Below are positions 47,132 through 54,752 of a stretch of 64,000 nucleotides of DNA, in pieces. Numbering within the stretch: the first letter of the stretch is position 1; each line of letters begins with the position of its first letter. The position numbers were made by a program, and so were the translations under genes. The notes under the pieces are model-generated. The model ran no database searches, had not been told where the DNA came from, and was given only the letters and a program-made list of their open reading frames with translations. Origin of the DNA: a bacterium. GTDB taxonomy: Bacteria; Patescibacteriota; Microgenomatia; Woykebacterales; RBG-16-39-9b. Location of the stretch: the NCBI GenBank assembly GCA_030704665.1, contig JAUYID010000009.1:586460-650459 (forward strand), in the 5' to 3' direction.

Positions 47132-47914
47132 ATGAAGAAAAGAAGTGCCATTCCTCAATACACCTATCGTCAGTCCTCCAAGGCTGAAGAAAAAATCATT
47201 TATCAACGCATTGCCCTAGTTTGCGCCGCTACTCTAGTAATTCTTTTGATTATTTACTTCTGGGGACTGAGTTTTATTAATGTCTTGAGTTTACTTGGAG
47301 GTAGTGGTAGTACCTCTACAACTGAGTCGAAGACGAACAATCAGTTTGTCGTTCCCCTCCACAAACCAGAATTTAACCCTTTGCAATCCCCTACCAATAC
47401 TCAAAAAATTGACGTCACCGGTACCACAACTCCGGATGCCCAACTCAGCATCAGTATCAACGGAAAAGAGTTGGGAGAAACACAAACAGCCGACAAAAGT
47501 GGCTACTTTAAATTTTCCTCTGTTTCACTCCGAGATGGCATCAACCAAATCAAGGTAACTGCCACTGATTCAAGCGCTACTGTAGAAAGCGCAAGTATCA
47601 ATGTTGTACTAGACACAACTGCTCCCAATCTTTCAATTGGCAAACCGGCAAACAACGAGAGCTTTGATGAGGGGACGAAAACAGTCACGGTCTCAGGAAC
47701 CACCTCTGATCCTGATGGTCTGGTTTATATAAACTCTATTCAAGCAATTCTAAACCCAAAAACAGGTAATTTTAGCTACAAGCTAGCTGTGACAACCGGA
47801 CAAAATCAGATTGAAATAAAAGCTTCTGATGCAGCGGGAAATAGTGTTACTCAAAAAAGAACGATCACTGTCCAGAGTTCAACTTCTACCCCGACGGGCT
47901 ACTACGAGCCTTAG
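47132..47914 (+). CDS. membrane-anchored protein with bacterial Ig-like (Big) domains
   Basis: 261 aa from the first ATG after tRNA-Thr. N-terminal TM helix, then beta-rich repeats (…ISINGKELGET…KVTATDS… / …VTVSGTTSDPDGLVYINS…IKASDAAGN…) typical of Ig-like surface domains. Confidence 0.55.
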   Translation: MKKRSAIPQYTYRQSSKAEEKIIYQRIALVCAATLVILLIIYFWGLSFINVLSLLGGSGSTSTTESKTNNQFVVPLHKPEFNPLQSPTNTQKIDVTGTTTPDAQLSISINGKELGETQTADKSGYFKFSSVSLRDGINQIKVTATDSSATVESASINVVLDTTAPNLSIGKPANNESFDEGTKTVTVSGTTSDPDGLVYINSIQAILNPKTGNFSYKLAVTTGQNQIEIKASDAAGNSVTQKRTITVQSSTSTPTGYYEP

Positions 47915-49154
47915 TCAAGAAAACCCCAAAGGCCAAAAGCAACCAAAACTGGGCTGAAAGATCGTTCTTAAAAAAAGGTACATCTACCAAACCGTGGGTG
48001 TAGATGACCACAAAGCTTGCACAGAGAAAAATCCGCAAGAAAACCCCTTCCCTATATCTAAGAAGCTCAAAAACCAGAAGCAAAGTGACCCACAAAAAGG
48101 CCAGCAAACCAACCAAACCAATCTGAGTCCAAAAATTTAGGAAAATATTGTGAGGATACTCATTTTTCTCTCGATTACAAGTAGCATATTTCGGATACTC
48201 AAGGCGGAAAGCATCTAAGCCACTGCCTTGTAGGGGTCTGTCAGCCAATAATTTCTTAGTCCCGTCCCAAAAACACAATCTTGATTCGACAGAATTTCGT
48301 ATTTTTCCTTCCGGCAAAAGGAGGTTTAAGTTTAAAAAGAAAGTCGCGATGCCAACAAACAAGAAAACTGTGACCGCCAAATAAATTTTAGGAAAGCGGT
48401 TTTTGCGAAAAATTGCTTTCCCGAAAATCCAATAGAGAAATAGGAACAAGCCGGCAAGCGGCAGCGCCAACAAAGCTCCTCTTGATCCTGAAACCCAAAT
48501 ACCCAGAAAAAGGTTCGGCACAATGATGAGGAGCACTTTCCAAAGTGACGACTTGTGAAACCTCTTAAACTCAAGAAAAAACCAACCTACAGTCAAGGGA
48601 ACAAGCGGCCCGACAAACAAGCCCACTGCGTTCGAAGTGGTGTAAACTGCGCTGACACGATCGCGCAGCAGCTCTTGAGGAGCAAAAGGGTTGGACTGGC
48701 TTAGCCACTGCCAAACCGAAAGCCCCGCAACCCAAGTCGCGGCCAAAACCAAACCCAAAAGAAAAAGCCGAAACTTCTTGGTCAAGAGGAGATAATCAAG
48801 GCTGACCAGATAGAGAAAAAAACCTTCAAGAAAGTAGGCTTTAAATACCCCCAAACCGCCTCGTAAATCAGCTGAAATCAGCGCTCCAACCAAAGCTGAC
48901 AAGAGGAAGACCCCGAGAGGCAGAAATATAGGCCCTTGAAGCCTCTGTAAGAGCTTCTGCCAACTGTCGGTTCCGGCAGACATCTCTTTGTACTTCCAAA
49001 CGATCCAAGAAACGAAGGTGGCCAAAATAAAAACTTCCAACAAAGTAAAAGGTAGTGGAGAAAAAGTCTGACAAAAATCAAAGTTTTTGCACCGCACGAT
49101 GTAGAGCGGCAAAGAAAGTGAGGTAAAAAATAAAAGCCACTTAGTTGTCTTCAT
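47886..49154 (-). CDS. O-antigen ligase (WaaL/Wzy_C) family polytopic membrane protein
   Basis: 422 aa, 10-12 TM helices with a large periplasmic loop. Lies in an operon with a flippase-like gene, overlapping it by 14 nt. Confidence 0.55.
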   Translation of the reverse strand: MKTTKWLLFFTSLSLPLYIVRCKNFDFCQTFSPLPFTLLEVFILATFVSWIVWKYKEMSAGTDSWQKLLQRLQGPIFLPLGVFLLSALVGALISADLRGGLGVFKAYFLEGFFLYLVSLDYLLLTKKFRLFLLGLVLAATWVAGLSVWQWLSQSNPFAPQELLRDRVSAVYTTSNAVGLFVGPLVPLTVGWFFLEFKRFHKSSLWKVLLIIVPNLFLGIWVSGSRGALLALPLAGLFLFLYWIFGKAIFRKNRFPKIYLAVTVFLFVGIATFFLNLNLLLPEGKIRNSVESRLCFWDGTKKLLADRPLQGSGLDAFRLEYPKYATCNREKNEYPHNIFLNFWTQIGLVGLLAFLWVTLLLVFELLRYREGVFLRIFLCASFVVIYTHGLVDVPFFKNDLSAQFWLLLAFGVFLTKARSSPSG

Positions 49155-50439
49155 TGGCGGATTTAAAGAAGGTTGTTAAAAAAACCACCATCAAAAGCAA
49201 AATGATCAACTCGGTCACACCAGTCAGTACTGCAGCAGTATTATAGCCAAATTTTGGGACAAAATAATAATTGGCTACAAAATTAAAAAGAGCCGCAAAA
49301 CCGTAAATTAGCGGCAACAACTTTTCTTTTTTGAGAATGATAAACAATCCAAAGCCTAGGCTAGTGACAAAAAATAGAGGTAGTGATAGAGCCAAAATTC
49401 GAAACGACACAACTGCCTCTGGGTAGTTACCGAAAATAGGGATGAGATAGCCTGCAGAAAGATAGCTAACTAAAAGTGCAAGTACCCCAAGCCCCAAAAC
49501 TGACCAGAATATTTTTGTAGCTAAATTTTTCAGATTGTGCTGATCCTGCTTGGTTCTTTCAATCAAAACAGGAAAAACAGAGTTTATGACAAAACTTGGA
49601 AAAGAAATGACAAAGTCAAAAATCCGGTAGGCCAAACCGTAAATCGCCACGGCATCTTTTCCATTTTGCCCCAATGTAGGCTGATAACTAGCCAAAGCGA
49701 CAACTTGTTTATCAATGTTGGCTGTGATTTGAGAAAACAAAGCCGACAAACCAAGAGGCCAAGAAATCATTAGGAGCGATTTCCAGTAGTTGGTTTCAAA
49801 TCTTAAACCGGGCCGAACGTAGCTTCTCACCAACACCAAAGCGACAAGTGCTTTGACTAGATTGGCTAGCAAATAAATCACAATAATCAAAAAGACACTG
49901 GCCTGAACAATTGCCAAAAATCCGACCAAAGTAAGCAAAAATATGTTGCCAAGAAAGTCAGCTAAAACAGAATAATCAAAGCGCCGAAAAGCCTGAAAAA
50001 TGGCGTTAGTAGAAAAAGACACACTCTGCGCCAAAACTACAAAAATTCCGATAATAATCCCAAGCTTCACGGCTGAGCCGTGACTAGTGAAAGAAAGACC
50101 CGCCAAAGCAATAAAAACAGCTATCAAGGCCAAACCGAGGCGCAAAGACAAAAGATTTTCGAAGCTTGACTGCCTTTTCTCTGGGTTTTCGATTATTTCT
50201 CGAACGAAAATACTGTTGAGGCCAAAATCGGCAACTAGCGTAAAGATTGAGATGTAGGAGGTGATTGTCACATAATCAGCCCAGGTACTTCTACCCAACT
50301 GTCTGGTCAGCAAAACAACAACTGCTAAATTGAGCAGACCCGCCAACAAACGCCCACTCGCTTGGACAAAAGTGTCGTAGGCGATTTTTAGAGGTAACTT
50401 CATTTGAAGGATTTTAGCAAAAAATTGATAATCAATCAA
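49141..50439 (-). CDS. oligosaccharide flippase (Wzx / polysaccharide biosynthesis protein family)
   Basis: 432 aa, about 12-14 TM helices. N-terminal ...LLNLAVVVLLTRQLGRSTWADYV... has the MOP-flippase pattern. Confidence 0.6.
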   Translation of the reverse strand: MIDYQFFAKILQMKLPLKIAYDTFVQASGRLLAGLLNLAVVVLLTRQLGRSTWADYVTITSYISIFTLVADFGLNSIFVREIIENPEKRQSSFENLLSLRLGLALIAVFIALAGLSFTSHGSAVKLGIIIGIFVVLAQSVSFSTNAIFQAFRRFDYSVLADFLGNIFLLTLVGFLAIVQASVFLIIVIYLLANLVKALVALVLVRSYVRPGLRFETNYWKSLLMISWPLGLSALFSQITANIDKQVVALASYQPTLGQNGKDAVAIYGLAYRIFDFVISFPSFVINSVFPVLIERTKQDQHNLKNLATKIFWSVLGLGVLALLVSYLSAGYLIPIFGNYPEAVVSFRILALSLPLFFVTSLGFGLFIILKKEKLLPLIYGFAALFNFVANYYFVPKFGYNTAAVLTGVTELIILLLMVVFLTTFFKSANEDN

Positions 50440-50562
50440 AAGGACTTTTAAACGAAAAAAGGGCGAAAATTACTACATAATTGCTTGTTTTAGATAGAAG
50501 AAATCTAGCAGAAGACCTATAACAAGTGCTAAAAGGTCACTACTTCTTGTCAGGCTTTATAT

Positions 50563-50638
50563 TGGTGGACGTGAGAGGTCTCGAACCTCTGACCTTTCGG
50601 ATGTGAACCGAACGCTCTGACCACTGAGCTACACGTCC
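50563..50638 (-). tRNA. tRNA-Val (anticodon CAC)
   Basis: Reverse-complement cloverleaf. Acceptor GGACGTG, anticodon stem TTCGG/CCGAA with loop TTCACAT, T-arm AGAGG-TTCGAGA-CCTCT, encoded CCA. Confidence 0.9.
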
Positions 50639-50807
50639 AATCAAAATTGGGCAGCTGTAAACGAAACGTCTGCTTCTAAAAAACCCTTCTCAAAAGAGCA
50701 GAACTGCTTTCTCATTTACAACTTCACTAAATAGCCAAGTCAAGGCCAATTTTAGCAAACTCGTGCTTGCATAGCAATGTGAGAACCCCTATACTAAAAT
50801 TCTATCT

Positions 50808-51389
50808 ATGCAAGAATCAAAAGCCTCATTCTGGGGTTATTTTGTTGACGTAATCGAAACTGTTGTGGTTGCGGCGGCCATTTTCGTCATCATCTATCTT
50901 TTCCTTCTCCAACCCCACCAGGTCAAGGGTGCCTCAATGGAACCCAACTTTCATGATGGAGAGTACATCCTTACTGACAAAATCACTTACCGCTTTAGTG
51001 ATCCAAAAAGAGGCGATGTCATCATCTTCAAATCTCCAACCAACACGGATTTGGATTTTATAAAAAGAATCATTGCTCTTCCAGGAGAAAAAATCGAACT
51101 CAGAGACGGGCGCATAATGATTTACAACAAAGACCATCCGGATGGTTTTACTCTTGATGAAACCTATCAAACAACCAAACCAACCAAAACCGAAAAAGAT
51201 GGCTTCCTCAAAGAAGGGGTTCCCACTGAAGTGCAGACGGGTAGTTATATCGTCTTTGGTGACAATCGCCTGGAAAGCTACGACTCAAGAAGTTGGGGTC
51301 AAGTTCCAAAGGGAAATATTATCGGCAAAGCTTGGCTGCGCTACTGGCCTTTGAACAAGTTGAGTTTTGTTAAACACGTGAATTACTAA
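50808..51389 (+). CDS. lepB: signal peptidase I
   Basis: GASMEPNFHDGEYIL (Ser), KRIIALPGE (Lys), GDNRLESYDSRSWG (box E). 193 aa. Confidence 0.85.
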   Translation: MQESKASFWGYFVDVIETVVVAAAIFVIIYLFLLQPHQVKGASMEPNFHDGEYILTDKITYRFSDPKRGDVIIFKSPTNTDLDFIKRIIALPGEKIELRDGRIMIYNKDHPDGFTLDETYQTTKPTKTEKDGFLKEGVPTEVQTGSYIVFGDNRLESYDSRSWGQVPKGNIIGKAWLRYWPLNKLSFVKHVNY

Positions 51390-52195
51390 TCTTGCCTGAT
51401 TAGTTTCTGATAGACTTGGTTCAACTCTTCGTCGTTTTTGAAAAAAAGAAGAACTCGACCACCCCGAGAGGAACGCAAAAGTTTAGTTTTGAGCCCGGTC
51501 GTAGAAGAAATTTCCTCTTCCATCTTCGCAACTTCAGGGCTGTGTTGATACTCTCGCCTCGTTCGCGGCTTGATATCTGCGCTGGATTTCATCCTCCGAA
51601 CCATTTCTTCAGTAGCTCGAACTCCCAGGCTTTCTCTGAGAATTTCCTTATACGCCGTGATCATCAAGTTTATATCTTCTAAACCCAAAACTGCCTTTGC
51701 ATGACCTTCAGTGATTGCACTGGAGAGAATTCCATCTTTGATCGCATCCGGCAAATCTAGTAATCTAAGTGTATTTGAAATATAAGGACCGCTTTTTCCG
51801 ACTCTCTGACCAATTTCAGTTGCAGTCAGACCAAATTCCTCAATCAGTCTTTGGTAGGCTTGAGCTCTTTCCATGGGGTTGAGATCAACTCTTTGGACAT
51901 TTTCGACAATTGCCATCTCGAGCATACCCTGTGGGGTTGTTTCTTTGATAATGACCGGAACTGTATTTATTCCAGCTAGTTTGGAAGCCCGCCAGCGCCT
52001 TTCACCGGCAATAATCTGGTACCCCGCCGGGGTTTTGGCTACAATGATTGGTTCGAGTAAACCATGCTCGCGAATTGATTCGGCTAGTTCGACTAGACTG
52101 TCAGGTGAGATTTGTCCTCTGGGTTGGAGTGGGTTTGGTTGTAGAGAGTCAACTTCTATGTGGACTGCATCTGCGGAAATAACTTCTTCAGGCAT
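51386..52195 (-). CDS. parB: ParB/Spo0J family chromosome partitioning protein
   Basis: 269 aa. ParB box GLLEPIIV...QIIAGERRWRASKLAG and an HTH region. Confidence 0.85.
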   Translation of the reverse strand: MPEEVISADAVHIEVDSLQPNPLQPRGQISPDSLVELAESIREHGLLEPIIVAKTPAGYQIIAGERRWRASKLAGINTVPVIIKETTPQGMLEMAIVENVQRVDLNPMERAQAYQRLIEEFGLTATEIGQRVGKSGPYISNTLRLLDLPDAIKDGILSSAITEGHAKAVLGLEDINLMITAYKEILRESLGVRATEEMVRRMKSSADIKPRTRREYQHSPEVAKMEEEISSTTGLKTKLLRSSRGGRVLLFFKNDEELNQVYQKLIRQD

Positions 52196-52236
52196 TTTTT
52201 CCCCTTTCGAAAGATATTTTTAAAGAAAAGTGAAGT

Positions 52237-52485
52237 TTAGCGAACTTCAACAACAGCTTTACCGAGTTTCGTTTTGATTTGAACAGAACCGTCGGTCTTG
52301 GCAAAAAGTGTGTGGTCTCGGCCAACACCTACGCCTACACCTCCATGAAACTTGCTTCCTCGTTGTCGAACGATGATTTGTCCGGTTTTGATTGCGGAAC
52401 CACCGGAAATTTTGAAACCAAGTCTTTTTCCGGCAACGTTTCCTTTTTGTTTAGCTTTTGAACCACCGGCTTTTTTGTGTGCCAT
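52237..52485 (-). CDS. rpmA: 50S ribosomal protein L27
   Basis: [29 protein letters not shown]... is the L27 N-terminus. 82 aa. Confidence 0.9.
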   Translation of the reverse strand: MAHKKAGGSKAKQKGNVAGKRLGFKISGGSAIKTGQIIVRQRGSKFHGGVGVGVGRDHTLFAKTDGSVQIKTKLGKAVVEVR

Positions 52486-52592
52486 AACTTAAAAACAACC
52501 TCAGCTTTCTATAAATTTCTAGTTTTTAAGATACATCGCGCGCATAATAAATTTTTGGTTTTTTCGAAAACGATTTTAGCGCGATATAATTC

Positions 52593-52937
52593 TTATTTAC
52601 CCTTCTGGTCGATATAACTTTCCTTTCCTAATTTTATCTCTTCAATTTTAATTGTGGTTTGATCCTGACGGTGCCCAGCCCGACGATGCTGACCAGTTTT
52701 TGCTTTGTAAGTAAAGATTTTTACTTTCTTGGCTTTTCCGTGCTCAAGGACGGTACCAACAACACTAGCTTCAACCAGGGGTTGGCCGATTTTGACTTTG
52801 TCTTCCTCGACTAGAAGTAAAACTTGATCAAGATCGATTTTTTTATTTTCCTCACCAATTTTGGCAGCAACACTGATAGAGTCGCCCTCTGCGACTCTGA
52901 ATTGTTTGCCACCAACTTTTATTACTGCGTATTTCAT
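52593..52937 (-). CDS. rplU: 50S ribosomal protein L21
   Basis: MKYAVIKVGGKQFRVAEGD... 114 aa, upstream of rpmA as in the canonical rplU-rpmA operon. Confidence 0.9.
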   Translation of the reverse strand: MKYAVIKVGGKQFRVAEGDSISVAAKIGEENKKIDLDQVLLLVEEDKVKIGQPLVEASVVGTVLEHGKAKKVKIFTYKAKTGQHRRAGHRQDQTTIKIEEIKLGKESYIDQKGK

Positions 52938-53033
52938 TTTTGCTACAGGACTCTAAAAACTCGGTGCAGAGCACGCTTGTCTGGCCATAATAATATAGGC
53001 TCCTTTCCACAATGTCAACTAGCGCTCTTTGTA

Positions 53034-54119
53034 TCAACGCTGCTGCCGGGAAACAACTAAGACAGACTCGACTAAACCAAGCATTGCAAAAACCGAAACG
53101 AGAGAACTTCCTCCGAAAGAGACTAGTGGCAAAGTAATTCCGGTGATCGGCAGCAAGCCGAGATTCATGCCAACGTTGATAAAAAGCTGAGTCATAAGGG
53201 TGACTACCACACCAACGATTATTAAAGATCCTTCCGTTTGGTGGAGGTGGGTCAGACTAGATAAGAGACGGTGGATCAAAAAGGCAAAGAGGCCAAGCAA
53301 GAGAAGTACCCCCAAAAAACCTAGCTCCTCAGCCATAGTCGCAAAAATAAAATCAGTTTTTTGTTCAGGCAAGAAATTTAAGTGGCTTTGGGTACCTCGT
53401 CCCAAGCCCCGACCAAACAACTGACCACTCCCAACTGCGATAATTGCCTGAACTAAGTTGTAACCCCGTCCCAAAGGATCAGAGGTCGGGTTCAGGAAAC
53501 TTTCCAATCTTGATTTTTGATAATCCTTAAGAAATTGCCAAACCAAGGGAAAACTAATTAAAGGCAGTAAAATGACAGTAAAAATAAAGAAGAAATTTGC
53601 CCCCGAAACAAAGACAAGGGCAAACCAGATGAAACCAAGAATGGCAGCGCTCCCCAAATCTGGCTGATTAAAAATTAGTGCTAGCGGCAGCAAAACCACA
53701 AATAAGGAAATGAGAAAATAGCGCAGGCGTTGGGGCGGGTAACGAGTGAAAAGATAACTTAGGAAAAGAATCATGATTGGCTTGGCAAACTCAGAAGCTT
53801 GAATTGTGACAAATTTGAGGTCAATCCAACGTACCGAACCTCGCGTTTCAACCCCGATCAGATAAGTAACCAGTAGCAAGACAAGCAAAAAAAGGTAGAG
53901 AAAAAAAGAGTAGCGAACAAAAACTCGATAGTCCGAAAGAGCGAAAAAGAAAAAGACTCCTAAACCGATCAAAGCGTAAATCAATTGTCGAGTGAAGTAA
54001 CTCCAATCAGTTCCGGTTTGACTCACTGAGGTACTGAAAATCATCAACAAACTCAAGGAAACCAAAAGAAGAGCCGGGAGTAGAATCAACCAATCGATTT
54101 TCAACAGAGATTTTAGCAT
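53034..54119 (-). CDS. FtsW/RodA/SpoVE (SEDS) family peptidoglycan glycosyltransferase
   Basis: 361 aa, 10 TM helices, SEDS pattern (...VGSGQLFGRGLGRGTQSHLNFLPEQKTDFIFA...). Confidence 0.8.
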   Translation of the reverse strand: MLKSLLKIDWLILLPALLLVSLSLLMIFSTSVSQTGTDWSYFTRQLIYALIGLGVFFFFALSDYRVFVRYSFFLYLFLLVLLLVTYLIGVETRGSVRWIDLKFVTIQASEFAKPIMILFLSYLFTRYPPQRLRYFLISLFVVLLPLALIFNQPDLGSAAILGFIWFALVFVSGANFFFIFTVILLPLISFPLVWQFLKDYQKSRLESFLNPTSDPLGRGYNLVQAIIAVGSGQLFGRGLGRGTQSHLNFLPEQKTDFIFATMAEELGFLGVLLLLGLFAFLIHRLLSSLTHLHQTEGSLIIVGVVVTLMTQLFINVGMNLGLLPITGITLPLVSFGGSSLVSVFAMLGLVESVLVVSRQQR

Positions 54120-54209
54120 TGGGAGTATTTTAGCAACAGCAAAAGGGAGTTAGAAGCCCACAGTCGGTAAAGATCATGGGCTTCTCCTCCTCTCCAGTTC
54201 GACCTTGTT

Positions 54210-54752
54210 TTAAGACACTGCTAGCGGCAGTCTCTGTATCCAATCGATGTCCGGGTGGCAAACTTCAGAACCGGCCGGTCCTTTGTAGAGAATCCGCTTC
54301 CAAACTTCCTCGAACGGCAATTTGAGAAGGAAGCAGTAACCGGCTATCGGTCCAATCAGAAGATCACAGTTGCAGACTGAGTCGATGAGTTCGATTGCCT
54401 CTGGGTCGTAGCGTCCCTTCCAAGCCATACGACAGAGCCAGACGCTGGCTGCGATTGGGTCAGGGAAGAGAGGGACCTGAAGACCCCTGTGTCCGAGTAG
54501 AACTACCCCCAAACCTTGGTAGAGTTCTTCCTCGCTATCAGCGAGGAAAACCGTCACCGGGGCTTCGTACTGTGCTAGGTCTCCTCCCACATCACTCTGG
54601 TCCTTGTCTAAGAAACGCGCCACTTGACCTCCCCACACGATTTGTTCTGGTTGGATTATACAGAAAAGAGGCAAGCTAGTCTTTTTTGATAGAAATTTCT
54701 GAACCTTGAAGCAACTCTTTGGCCAGAGTTTGTTGTTTGATAAAGTCTTCAA
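54210..54752 (-). CDS. hypothetical protein (GC-rich, Cys- and Trp-rich)
   Basis: 180-aa ORF at about 58-60% GC. The ATG given overlaps the ileS 3' end by 77 nt; a GTG at about 54647 would remove the overlap. Confidence 0.35.
   Translation of the reverse strand: MKTLSNNKLWPKSCFKVQKFLSKKTSLPLFCIIQPEQIVWGGQVARFLDKDQSDVGGDLAQYEAPVTVFLADSEEELYQGLGVVLLGHRGLQVPLFPDPIAASVWLCRMAWKGRYDPEAIELIDSVCNCDLLIGPIAGYCFLLKLPFEEVWKRILYKGPAGSEVCHPDIDWIQRLPLAVS

Noticed and set aside
52486-52592. Possible small gene (e.g. a ribosomal-processing protease Prp homologue) between rplU and rpmA.
   Set aside because: The 107-nt gap has no ORF of useful length on the correct strand, so it is treated as plain intergenic spacer.
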